The notes under the pieces are model-generated. The model was not told the DNA's origin and searched no databases. It saw only the letters and a program-made list of their open reading frames with translations. Positions 1 through 12,630 of a stretch of 64,000 nucleotides of DNA are shown here, piece after piece. Position numbers and translations under genes: made by a program. Source of the DNA: Isurus oxyrinchus (Eukaryota); contig JANJGN010000035.1 in NCBI GenBank assembly GCA_026770705.1, forward strand, positions 7,254,001-7,318,000, in the 5' to 3' direction. Position 1 is the stretch's first letter, and the number at the start of each line of letters is the position of its first letter.

Positions 1-1060
1 AATCAAATAGTTCGTCTTCTGCAACATTCCTGCTCTTTATTTTTACCCATCCTATATGTAAAATTATGTCCCACTAGATCACCATGTTAACTTTGTTACA
101 AACATCTTCAATTTCATGACTTATTCTGCTATTTACATTATTTCTGCAGTTTGGTGGGCTATAAACAAATCCCTTGCTGTTTCTTAGTTCGCTGCCCTCC
201 CTCCATGACAATTATATCCCTTCTTGGGTAAGGAGACAAAGCTGCACACGAACTATTTCTACGTCTTCAACTTTCGAACTAAAGCCAGCTTCCACTGCCA
301 TATTATTGCCCCCAAAAATTAAGACAACTAACCCACAAACTTTTCTCTGAGTTCTTTCGTTTCTTAAAGTCACATATGCTTGGATATTCAGGGCCCAGTC
401 TTGGTTTCCCGCTAGTGACGTATCTGTAATAACTATCATGTATGGCAAACCAATTGCTAGTTGAGGTTACATTCTGCCATATAGACCCTGCAATATTCTT
501 GACAATACCTATGCCGTTTACACCTACGTGGAAAACGCTAACTGGATCATTCACCTCCCTCTGTAGGTTGGTATACAGCCCTGAATACATGGACATAACT
601 CTAGCACCGGAGAGGCAACATGGCCTTCAGGATCTACGCAGTGAGTTGCATAAAACAATACGTATTCCCCAGACTACACTGACCGTTACTGGCACTACAT
701 TATTTTTAAGCTTTCTTAATTCAATGGCTTTCTGCACCATTGTCCCATTGTTAGAATGCTCTTCCAGGTAATGCTTTCGATGCAGTCCATCCAAGATGCA
801 TGAACCTTCATTTTTTTGTGTAGCTATTAGGGTTGAGTGTCGTCCACTCGCACCTACTCTGCCCGGTTAGCTGCCTTTCTCATATTCATCTATAAAAGCT
901 GACAAAATTAAGTTATGTGAACTTACGGAGTGTCACTCTTTTTTGGAACAAAATGTCGAGGTAACTTTCTCACTCTCTGATGCATATAAATGCCTGCGAG
1001 CTCAGCCTCGAGCTCATCCAGCACATTACCTATGAGCAAAAACTCATAAAGCTGCCCACA
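1..1060 (-). mobile_element. Decayed CR1 LINE 5' part (ORF1 esterase + start of APE endonuclease)
   Basis: Minus translation CCLSGARV...VFHVGVNGIG (SGNH esterase of CR1 ORF1), then MIVITDTSLAGNQDWALNIQAYVTLRNER (APE N-terminus, cf. IAITETW..DQ.W.LNIQGY..FR.DR). Confidence 0.8.
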
Positions 1061-1064
1061 TTTA

Positions 1065-2180
1065 TCATAAGAGCAAGAGACCTAGGAGCAGAAATAGGTA
1101 ATTCTGGCCGTCGAGCCCGCTACGCCATTCAACGGCATTATAGCTGATCTGATAATTCTTCACTCCACTTTCCTGCCCGTTGCTCATAAGCCTTCAAACC
1201 ATTCCTGATTAAAAATATGTCCATATCAGCATTGAATATAGTTAATGACACATTATGTCAGCCTTCGGCGGTAATGAATTGTACAGATTTACTACCATGG
1301 GAGAGAAGATATTCCTCATCATCTATGTTTTAACTGGACGCCCCATTAGCCTGAGATTACGTTGCCTGCTCCTTGACTCTGCGACAAGGGGAAACGACCT
1401 CTGAATATCTATCCTTTCAATCCAAATAAGGACCTTATATGTTCTATTCAATAAGGTCGTCTGTTAATCTTCTAAATTCCAATGAGCACAAGCGTAGCCT
1501 ACTGAACCTCTTTTATTTTTTAAAGAAATCCCTCTTCCTCCGGCGTGAATCTATTGAACCTTCCTCCAATACCAGTATATCTTTCCCTAGATAATGTGAA
1601 CAACAATGTTAACAATTCTCTAGGTGCGGTCTAAACATCTCTTGTATACTTTTAGCTAATGTTTTTTTTTTTTATTTACTTCATTCCATTTGAAATAAAG
1701 GCTATCATTCCATTTCCTTTCCCGATTAGATGCCGAAATTGTGTGCTAACTTTTTCGGATCCATGCACAAGGGCACCTAAACTTCTCTGGACTGCAGAAT
1801 TCTGCACCATTACGCTGTATAAACATTATTCAGCTCCTCTAATTTTTCCTGGCAAAGTTAATGAGCTCACATTTTCCCACCTTATATTCTGTCTGTGAAG
1901 TGTTTTCCCAATCATTTTAGCGGCCTTGAATCCTCTGCAGACTGCTTTTAGTCATCCTCAGAATTTGCCATCCCATCTATTATGCTGGCATGCGCAAAAA
2001 TGGCAACAGTGCATTCACTTCTCTGACCTATTTTATTCATATATATAGTAAATAAATTTGGGCCCAGTTCCGATCCCTGCGGCGCTCCTTTAATTTCTTG
2101 TTTCCATACGGAAAATGCATGCCAAACCAACCCTATCCCAAATCTGTCTTCTATTAGTTAGCGAAACCGCTATTAGTGTT
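1065..2180 (-). mobile_element. Decayed CR1 LINE 3' part (RT C-terminus + 3' UTR)
   Basis: ORF 1948-2130: GAPQGSELGPNLFTIYMN...AIFAHAS = GVPQGSVLGP..F.IYIND..KFADD; CR1 tail near 1070-1160. Confidence 0.85.
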
Positions 2181-2599
2181 AATACACTTAATGTTGTCTT
2201 GTCATGATCTACAGTGACATTTAGACGCTCCAAGGATGTTGCAGTTGTGACTAATCACCTGACCTGGCATCTATTTTTTTGTTAAATATTTCATTATATT
2301 AACTAATTCATAGTTCCCCTACTGCGTCATACTTGCTGGCTCACCAAACTCACATCTTCAGAATGAGAGAAATAAATCAGCACTCACTGCATACATGCAG
2401 TTCTCAGGGATTCCTGAAATTAGCATCCCCGAAATACAATCATGAGTGAGTTCTGCTCCAGCTCAGGAACCGATTTGTTGTCAACCTTATTAGCTATATA
2501 CAGCTGCTCTCATATAGCTAGTATATCTGCGCTTAAGATTTGAAGAATCTTAATTTATCTCATAAACTAAGCAATATTAATTAACTCAATACTTTACAA

Positions 2600-3250
2600 A
2601 GAGCTTAGCCCTCAAAAGACTTCACCTAACTCCATCTGTACACTTGAAACACTCAGTGCGGTAGTGCAGGATATCCTGCTTCATGACTCGGGAAAAAAAA
2701 ATAGTATGCACGTACAGTGAGTTAAATGCTGGGCAAATGGATTGTTGCCGTTCATTGCAAGGCCAATTGAATACAAAATAGTGGCGTTTGCTAGAGTTGT
2801 GAAGCGAATTATTTATAATGAATATCATGCATCTGCATAGTTTTGGTAACCTTATTGCAATAAGGACTTAAGTGCACTCGAAGGAGTTCAGTGAAAGTCA
2901 ACTCAACTGATATTCGGATGAGAGACGATGGAGAGGAGGTGGGTGTGAACTTACGATGAATGCATGTGAAGGCTGGGCTTTTTATCCATTGGAGCTCAGA
3001 ATAATGAAATATGATCTTATTGAAGCTTATAAAACGCTGGGGTTACTTGGCAGTTTGGACTCTGAATGTTTTTCCCTTGTCAAAGAGACTAGAATCATTG
3101 GGTACCGTTGACAAACAAGAGACACCAATTTAAATGAGTCATTAGAAGACTTTTTTCACTTCTTTCTAATTGTGTCAATTGACTTTTAAATTTGTTTCCC
3201 TCGACTGTGGTGGCGATAGGGCAAATACAATTTTATATATTTTTAAGACA
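2600..3250 (+). mobile_element. Decayed CR1 LINE 3' fragment
   Basis: Degenerate CR1 ORF2 C-terminal sequence (gatcttattgaagcttataaa; gactagaatcattggg). Confidence 0.6.
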
Positions 3251-3254
3251 TATT

Positions 3255-4240
3255 TTAATTTTATCATGCATAGGTGGTGTGCTGAGCTTTATTGTCCAAA
3301 CCCTAATTTCTATTGAGAGGGGGTTGTTGATCTGCTTTCTTGAAACACTGCAGTCCATGTGTTGCAGCTGCACCCACAATGATTTAAAGAATTAAGTTCT
3401 AAGATTTTGGCCGAGTGGCAGTGAAGGACCAGATGTGTATGTCCAAGTCACGACCGTGTGAGTATTTGAGGAGGTTTTCCAAGTTCTGGTGTGCCCATTT
3501 ATCTGCTGCCCTTGCCTTCCAGATGGTAGCGCCCATAAGGTTGGAAGGTACCGCCCAAGGATGCTTGGTGAATTGCTCCAGTGCATGTTGTAGATTATAC
3601 ACAAGGCTGCTACTTTGCATCGGTGATGGAGGGTATGAATGTTTCAGGATGTGACTGCCAATGAATCAGCAAGCTTTGCCCTGGATGGTGTCAAAATTAT
3701 TGACGGTTGTGGGAGCTGCATTCATCCGTGCAAGTGGGGAGAATTCCATCACATTCCTGATTTGTGCCTGGTGGACATTCTTTGAGGAGGCAGGAACTTA
3801 ATTACTTCTCACACGATTCCTAGCATTAGGCCTGCTCTTCTAGCGACAGCATTTAGACGGTTAGTCCAGTAAAGTTGCTGGTCACCGCCTACCCGCAGGG
3901 TAGATTCAATGGTGGGGGATACAATGATAGCAATGTCATTTGATAATAAAGGGCGATGGCTGGTATCTCTCTTGTTGGACGTCTTCATTCGCTGGCATTC
4001 GTGTGGCAATAACATTACTTTCCACTTGTCACCCCAAGAATGGATGCTGTCCATGTCTTCCTGCATATGTACCTGGGCTTCTTCAATTACTGAAGTGTTA
4101 CGCATAACGCTGAGCATCGTGCAAGCAAAAGTGAACATCCCCACACCTGACATTATGATAGAAGGAATGTATGCAATTGATGAATCAGCTGAAGATGGTT
4201 GTGCCAAGAACTCTACACTATTGAAGGTCAATGGACTCAA
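3255..4240 (-). mobile_element. Decayed CR1-type LINE (second family), RT to 3' tail
   Basis: ORF 3809-4240: VGMFTFACTM...MQEDMDSIHSWGDKW...HECQRM, matching the RT FADD region and thumb. Confidence 0.85.
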
Positions 4241-5258
4241 AGTTTTCCAGGGCTAGACAAAATGTAGCTTTCAGACCTCAATAAGGTCAGCCATGATCTT
4301 AGATCATTGGGGAGGAAAACTGATTGCCCGAGCGGTCTCCTGCTCTATGAGCTCAGGTTCGCATTTTTGTGTAATGCTAATACATGTTTTAAAATTCCTA
4401 ATCCAGTCTGTAGTTATGCATTAGATTGCCAATTATTTATCTGGCCAGGTAACTATCAAAACATTATAGTTTTGGTTCATTCCTGAAAAAAAATGTCTTT
4501 ACACAAAAAAGCCTGAATTGCTTCATAAAAGCATCAGTGGCAGTATTTGACATCAAGACATACACAATTATATTAGAACAGTTAAAAAAGATAGAAAAAT
4601 CTCCTTGGGGTATCGACATACACAGGTGAAAAGGCTAGAGGTGCATATGGTAAAGATTAGGTCCTGAGCCACGTAACGCGTTATCTGCATTTACGGAGCA
4701 AAACAAAACTAACTCTGCAATAAGTAATAATAACAAAATTAGAATAACACAACATTAAACATCATTAACATTATAATTATCATCATCATCTTTACGTGAT
4801 TTCATTTTGTGAGTAATGAATCAGGTTTTCAATTGGGGAAAAAAGCATTTTCATTTTAGTTTTGGACACTCTACATTTCAGATAACTTTCCATCCATAGG
4901 CTTCTTCCTCTACATAGCGAAGTCCCTTTCGGCTTTGGACTGGAATGCTGCAATTTCGGAATTAAGACCGATACTTTCCTTTCTTCCTGCGCTCCTTTTT
5001 GTAACAGTGCATCGAAAATAAGTTTGGAAAATTCATGTCAGCGTAGATTTTCAGCTTGTGTTTTTACATTCTTGAATCACCTTAAAATAGCAAATAGTCT
5101 GTTAATGGACACATTTTATCTTTCTTTATTTTAAACACATTCTTAATTTTGAAACTCCGAGTCACATGTTAATCCGGGCTAAAATTATAGCCTTTGCTAA
5201 TGAGATTGAAGCCGATAAATGCAATAGAAATCAAGAGGACAGGAATAGCAAAATAGCA

Positions 5259-5481
5259 AAACAAAAAAGGAATTACTGGAAAAACTCATCAGGTCTGGCA
5301 GCATCGGTGGAGAACAAAGGCGTTGACGTTTCGAGTCCTCATGACCCTTCGAAAGAACTAGGAAACTAGTTCTGTCGAAGGGTCATGAGGACTCGAAACG
5401 TCAACTCTTTTCTTCTGAGTTTTTCCAGGTAATTCTGTTTTTGTTTTGGATTTCCAGCATCCACAGTTTCATTTTGTTTTT
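5259..5481. mobile_element. Short palindromic non-autonomous Penelope-derived element with hammerhead-like motifs
   Basis: 39-bp inverted arms 5322-5360/5367-5405 (1 mismatch, 6-nt loop); flanked by direct repeat ATAGCAAAATAGCA at 5245-5258 and 5482-5495; close relative at 61631-61836. Confidence 0.8.
5368..5406 (+). ncRNA. Minimal type I hammerhead ribozyme-like motif (variant core)
   Basis: AGUU-CUGUCGA-A-GGGUC-AUGAG-GACUC-GAAA-CGUC-AACU: stem I AGUU/AACU, stem II GGGUC/GACUC, GAAA, palindromic ACGU in place of stem III, GUC cleavage triplet; A6 is U. Confidence 0.55.
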
Positions 5482-5739
5482 ATAGCAAAATAGCACTTCA
5501 ATTATTATTGCGCCATTAAAACATTAAAATGTCACGCCAAGTTTCACAGGAGAGATTACCGAGCTGAATGTTATTACCGAGATCCCATAAGAAGTAAAAC
5601 AGAAAGATGGAAAAACGTTTGATCAACAGATAGGGTCTTTGCTACGTGAGCAGCGGGTATACGAGATTTGAAAAGTTTGGCAATGGGTTAGTAAATTGTA
5701 GTGCATGGGAATCGTGAAGCACGCCTGTAAATTTTTGCA

Positions 5740-6030
5740 TATTTATTGTTTTTATGATTCTGGGCTCCACTGGCAAGGGCAGCAATTATTGAACATTCGA
5801 TTTCGGGGGGACAGAGGAGTCAACACATTGAAACCAGACAAGCACTGCATATCACCTTCCTAAAGGATATGAGTGAAACCAGTGTAGTTGTTTGACAATT
5901 CACAAACGTTTCTTGGTCATCATCAAAATTTTAATTGCAGATTTTATTGATTTGCAATTACACCATCTGCAATGTTGTGATTCCAACCTGAGTCACTAGT
6001 CCAATGACAATAACACGATGCAAACGCCCC
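5740..6030 (-). mobile_element. Decayed tRNA-derived SINE with CR1-like tail
   Basis: Reverse complement resembles the copy at 25139-25518 (cactagtccaatgacaataac; ccttcctaaaggat). Confidence 0.65.
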
Positions 6031-8629
6031 GCCCCACCTCGTGTAAATAAAGGAACTTTGTTCAATGCTTCAGGACTGTAATCATTCGCTCCTAATTGCT
6101 CTGCAATAATGGAGTGCACAATTTCGGTTACGTGCTGTTAACAATGACTAGCTAACATTGCTATCTTAGGCAGGGAGCCCGAATCTGACGTAATGAATTA
6201 GGCGCATTCAAAAGGCTCCTGAGAGTTATTCCGAACAGAACACTGACATTTGGGGTGTTGTAAGTGAGGGACAGCTTGGGGCCCTCACGGTAAAAAAAAA
6301 ATGACTTTGGTCACATTATTCATTTCATTGATTAACAGTGCCATATAAATTTATGTAGAGTTGTAATAACATGACACGAGAAACCAAGCGTCAGCTGGCA
6401 CATTTCAACAATTTATGGGCAAAGCTGCGCTTAAATCAATACACCATCTTTTAACAGTGTAAAGTAAAAATAACCGTATATATCATTTAGGTGCTCCAAT
6501 GTTTATGTAACGCACCTCATAGGCGGATTCATTAAATACGATTTCATTCTAAAGCCGCACATTAGCAGTCTCCAAGAATTCTTCACTCGTTTGCTGAAGT
6601 CTCCCATGGTTAGAATATGTGATTCTCTGCAGTTGGGTATCCGTGTTACTCGCCAGCAATTGGAAGATTTCAGCAGCGGAATTTCCTGACAAAATGCGAA
6701 TGAGAACTGATTAAAATGCAGCGCAGCCAATGATAAAAGGAGACTGATGAACTAATGGTTATTGCATCAAGCCTGCTTTGGAAACATTCAAATCTGACAG
6801 AGTCACATTCCCATGAATGCACTATTAATGTATGCTGCGACTTTTCAGTCGATGTGAACAGAGCAAGTTAGCCGTTCATAATAATACATTGTCCAAAATT
6901 GTAATGAATTACAAGTGTTGTTTTACGTTAGGAAAGGAGTGGCAGTGATGTGGAATAAGCCTGCAACAGAGGAAACAAAGTTACAGAATCGATTGGAGAT
7001 TTTAGGGAACATAACAGGCAACAGAGAAAAATATCAGGAGGTAAGATGAGAATGCCGATGTGCACCTACATGTGCACCTACAGAAATAGCGAAATTGGAA
7101 CTGGAATGTAGCATGGGTGAGTGAGGAAGTGTTTTATGTATATGTAGATCTGACGATGGATTTGGCAGAGTAACTGATATGCATATTTGTATTGACGCAG
7201 AAAACTAAAATCATTCCCGACAGAAAACCTCGAACCTGCATTAGGTTTACTGATTTGGAACTTCCAGCAGTGAAAGGGCAATCAGATATAGGCACGTTCT
7301 CAGGTGTTTGCTCATATAACCGATATATAATTCAAAGGCGTGAATAAGTGCAAAAGTAAATTCATACCTTTGATTTACTTATTCTCATTTCCTTTCCTTT
7401 ATCATTTCTCTTCAAATGATACTCAAATTGTGATATTTATGGATACCATTATAGCCAGCAAATGAGAACAAAAATGGGGAATTGTTTTTTAAAATTGAAA
7501 GGAGTACTGGGGACTGAAACGCTGTGCAGTCACGGCGATTGAGCTTAAACATGACCACAACTGAAAAAATACCTGAACTGAATGACCTGTTAAAGAAACT
7601 CCAAGAGAGGGAGAATGATTTGAGGTGAAGCTGCATTGAAGCACAATGGGCGGAAGCTTCCTTGGAGTGGTGATAAACGTTGCATTGCCACACCCTGGAA
7701 TAATCTCTGTGTTTAATCTTCTGTGTCTATCTCCTGACACCCCTGCAAAGGCCTGTCGAGATCCAGGTAGAATAATTGCCCGAAGTGAATAATTCGTCGA
7801 AGTGAAGTTTCGAAGGATTGCAGGAAAACCTGCCCCTTTATTATGGCACAAGCTATGGTAAACAATGTAAATTAAAGTGAAAATTGAATTCGACAGGACG
7901 GTGAATTTGGGTCCCTGAATTGAGTGGATAGGAGTTAGGGAGATTATGCGGCATTCAAGGTTGTTGTGAGGTGTTGGGAAGGGCGGTTGGATGTCAGAGA
8001 TAGGGGAATGGTGTTGTTGGACACCGGGAGGGCCAGACTTGGGTAGGGTGCGGCTGGGGGAGGAACTGTTGTTTTTGGGGCGCACGGACCCCTGTGGGAT
8101 GGCGAGCGTTCGTCCCGACCTCAGAGATAAGGATGTGGCTTTGGGTGTTGTCCATGGTGGAGGGAGGGAGGTCTGGAACAGGTCTGGGTTGAGTTGGGAT
8201 TGTAAGTCTGGCGGCCAAAGGTGGGGTGCGTGGTGGGGAGTAGGTCCTGCCACAGGGATCTCCTCTAATTTTGGTGGAGCGGTGGGGTTGGGCATGCTCC
8301 CTATCAGATTGTGCCTGCCGCAGTGGTGTACGGGACCGAGCATGGGGTGGGGGGGGGGTTCCCCATGTGGCGTCGGGATTTATGGAAGTTGAATTCCGTG
8401 AAAGTGTGGATGCTAGAGTATAATAGATTCGGTCTGTCGAGGGCTGGGCAGCAGGGTAGTGTGGAGAGCTGTGATGTGGGGCGAATGCTCAGGGAAAGTT
8501 TGCACTTCTAGGCACTAGTCCATTCCATTACCTGGGAGGTTGTGAGAGGTATTTCCCCAGTGCCTCAGTGGTGTAGAGCCCAAGACCAATTTTGATGAGC
8601 ATGGACATTGCGGCCCAATATCTCCACAA

Positions 8630-9050
8630 TCACCGCCTTGATCATTTTTCCTGTGCTGTTATTAAAGTGGATAATTGAATAATCTAAGATGATATAAAAA
8701 CAAACGATTTATTCCCTGGACTTTGTAAGGTTGAAAATGTGATTTTGTCAAACTTTTCCAAATATAGTTAGAGAGAAAGAATTTCAGTTGGGTGGAGACG
8801 GGCGTTCTCTATCTCGAGAAAATGGTCAAAGTAACTGATTAGGGCATTTAGAAATGAACGTATAGGCACTTAATGCTTGCCATAGCAGGCGATCTGACAA
8901 CCCATCAAGTAGCTAAACAACTAAGTCAGACATTGACGGATTCTTATAAACCAAAGCGATAAAATTATATAAACAAAGGAGCTCTGCATAATGACACTTG
9001 TTCACGTATCTCTCATGAACCCATTGATTGGTGGAACAGGCAAAACCGTG
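8630..9050 (+). mobile_element. Decayed CR1 3' fragment
   Basis: Degenerate CR1 end (gtaaggttgaaaatgtgattttgtcaaacttttccaaat; attggtggaacaggc). Confidence 0.5.
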
Positions 9051-11559
9051 AAAGACACGAGTGCAAAACGCTGTCCTCTTATGCTGCAATTGGAAAGTAA
9101 TATTTATTACCGAGAAGCATAATTGGAGTCATTTGAATTTTTTTTCTGACGCAAAAACATCCTTTATTGTATGTCATCATTTTTTTCTAATGTACCTTTT
9201 AAAATTGATCACTGCCTTCACCTAAGTCATGTGATTACACCATCAAAATCACTATATGTTTGCTTAGATTATGGGTTAATACAGTTTAGGTCTGAGGTCT
9301 GTCAGAGAGGAAGGGAAACGTTGCATGGCTCACTGTGCTAGTAGAAAAACTACTTATCAACAAGTGACCAAACCATTTTCTCTATCGCAGAAAGCCAATT
9401 TGCAAAGGGCAGGAAAAAAAAAAACAGGAAATGCTGGAAAAACGTTGCACTTGTGGGAGCAGCTGTGGAGACAACGTGCTGAAGGAGAGTCATTGAATGA
9501 CTCTTTACAAAGTTTTACTGACAACATCTAGAATAGTAGAATGTAAGCAGGCATCTCGTAAACTAACAGCCAATCATTTCGCTTGTCTGTATTCATTGGG
9601 GACCAAGGTTAATGCTCTCTACCTGAATAAATTTAAACATAATAAATATACAAATAACATCAAGCACAAGTAAGAGTTGAGCAATGCATTCGATGGGATA
9701 TTTACAAGCAGGACACTGATTGATCCGTTTGGTTTTCCTTAGCATTTTATTTGATAAGGGAACTAACACAAAGCCAAGACTTCGCCTGCTCTTTCCTTTC
9801 AACCAGCCACTCTATTAGTTTCCGGAAGGATACTCTTAGTAACTTATTTGCCGACAGTTGCTGTGATTTCATGGATATTTACTTCTTTGAATTTTCCAAG
9901 GTAGCAGAACAATGTCCCTTTTAGTGTATATTCCGATGTCCCCCCACAAGATTTTTGGTTGGAAAACATGCGAAGATGATTTAAAAAAATAAGTTTCGCT
10001 GTTGAAGAAAATGGTCGATGTCAACTATTCCACTCCTATTGCAACTTGCAAGTTGAAATAATTGGAAATGAAAATGGGGCGGATAGGTAATTTGCAGCTC
10101 ACCAACCATTTCTCAAGGACAACCAGGAATGGGAAAAAAGTGTTAGCCCAGCCAGCGAAATTCACATCCCATGACTGAAATTATGTTTTAAAAATGTGGT
10201 GCAAATATCCGTCTTTCCCATTCTGTTAGTCATGATCTGTCATGCTGCACATTTCTTTTTTCCTCGCGTGCTCATAAATACTTTAACTTGGCGGGTCAAA
10301 TATTCGTTCTCCAGGATTACCTCAGTAGTTTATTACTTGGTGATAATGACTAAATTAGCCGCAGAGTGGCCTCAGGAAACGACAATGGTTATAAAGGTTG
10401 CAGGGGAATTCTGCCAACGACCAGAACTTTTCTCATGGAATGAAGGGAAATGCAACTGGTCTGTGTCATGTATAAAGTTTTAAACTTCTCTAAAGGTAAT
10501 ATAATTCACAACCACTTTTGTACAAACTAGCAGAAAAATCATACCTGCATAATATACGACCATGTGCAGCGCATGCATGTAATGTCCAATTCCACATTGT
10601 CACTCCTGGCACACACATAATAAGGTTCCACACCATCTAGGGCCGACAAAATGTAGCACCACGTATAGATTCACACTGACGAGGTGAGCATATAGATTAA
10701 GGGTGCACGAGCAAAATATAGAGACACACATAATGTAGAGGTATGCAATACACAGGCTCACGATGTGCGGGGCTAGAAATGAGCAGCATAACCTATCTAA
10801 ATGAATGAGTGCTCTAAAAGAAAGGGAATTCCTTTTAGTAATGTTGCAGTTTTCGTGTCGATGAGGTGCGCACTTTTAAGAGGCATATTAGGAAGTTGCA
10901 TGTTGTTGTGATTTTTGGCACAAGGCAATGGTTATTTACTACTGACATCATAAATGCATGTCATTGATCCAGCTGTTACGTGTTGGTGCTTATGCTCTAT
11001 CTGAAACCCTAGCCGGCCCCCTCCTTTCAACAAAAATCACATGATGCTCTATCCTTTTCTCTCCCAAACGTTTTTTCTCTCCTCGTGTGCTCATAAATAC
11101 ATTCATATTTTACAACATTAATCTCCTGGTTGCTTCTCCACGTTCTAAGATCACTCCGTTAAATGCGTCCCTCGAATTTTTCATGATTCTACAATTATGT
11201 TTCAAGAGAATGGACCATGCAATCATTCGGAAATAATTATCGCTTGAGAAATATTCACATTGTTTTCTCTTGAAATATGGTCGTGGTGTTTTCCTTCAAA
11301 TTAAACAAGCTAAATTACTTTTGCAAAAATATTGTGGAATTATTTGTTTTTAGGCAATGATATGGAATATGCAACGAGTGCAAAAAGAATGATATGTGAA
11401 ACCTTTAGGATGCAAATAAATCTGCTTCTGCTGCTGCACAATGAGGCCTACCATTTCAAGTTATTTTGGAATATGATCACTTCTGATTTTCTGATTGCTA
11501 CCACAGATGCTAGGAAACTATATTTAGAAACATTGATTATACATAGCACTTGAGTAAAA

Positions 11560-12630
11560 TTTTCTGAGAAGAACTAGAGCGTTGTGCTTAAACTTTCACT
11601 TCTTATAAATTGCATTGAAGTCCTGTTGTTAGAAATATTTGACCGCAGAATGGGATCTCCAAAATCAAATGCAACTGCATTATCTCTCTATTGTCTTCAA
11701 GTTAAGCCCATATTTATTATAGTCTTTAAGTGCAGAGAGAAGTAAGAGAAGTCAAATTAAAATAAAGCTATTATAACAGCATATTGTCAGAATTATTCAC
11801 AGGATTGAGATACAGGAATTCCATTTTTGCTATTTGCTATTAGATGCGGTCGTAATGCTTAGGCTAGTTTTAGCCTTTCGAACAATTTTATAGAAAGCAG
11901 CTAATGGGGACAGATTAAAAAGATTCATGAGAAATTGGTGGGTAAAAATTAATTAAATGCTCTTCTGCGGTACATATCAATTGTCAGGGTAAGCTTGAAC
12001 AGGATATGTGATTTGCTTAGGGAACATTAAAAGATATGACAGCTAATAATGAAAGTGGAAACAGATAAGGTGGCTAAAATTTGCCGGTGTCTTGCTGGAG
12101 TGAAAGTACTAGTTTTCTTACCGGTCCTAGGTGAATCCTTAAATTAAAGCACTAGTGGATCTAATAGGACTAAATATAGATTGAGTGAAGTAAATTATGT
12201 TATAAATATTCAAGAAAGAATATATAAGATGGTTCGTAGTTTAAATACGCTTGAAAAGTACTTTGACAGGGGAGAGAAACAAAATAGAGTTGTTAATGAT
12301 GGCGGATGATGAGAAAGAGGAATGTGTGCAGCACGTTGAAATTGAGTTTCCTCTAAACAAATTGGATAAGTGGAGTGTGCCTGAAAATGTAAATTCAATA
12401 TTGTGTTCCCTTCCAAACAACTATCAATGTGATTTGGAAAATCTATTGAGGTTACACAAAACTTTTTGCAGAAATAAATTTGGAAAGAAGCACTGAGCTT
12501 TACGTGATGGATGTATAGAAATGTCACGTTCAGTAATGCTGCAACACTATAGATTTAATCCATCAAAGTTATCACAAGCACAAAAATAAATAGATTTCAT
12601 GCTTCCAAACGGCATTATTAAGTGTAGTTA
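11560..12630 (+). mobile_element. Decayed Ty3/Gypsy LTR retrotransposon, Gmr1-like (gag - integrase - RT order)
   Basis: KAIITAY (gag, ~11765); QD*DTGIPFLLFAIR and KVLVFLPVLGESL..LSEVNYVI (integrase C-terminus, 11800-12215); then QHYRFNPSKLSQAQK*IDFML (start of RT, ~12540-12605). Confidence 0.8.

Noticed and set aside
2340-2530. Minus exon-like segment ending at gtgagt
   Set aside because: Stops in all frames and only vague V-like similarity
7489-8392. Longest ORFs (284 aa minus, 133 aa plus)
   Set aside because: Pro/Gly-rich products of a G-rich repeat-like tract; no domain recognised
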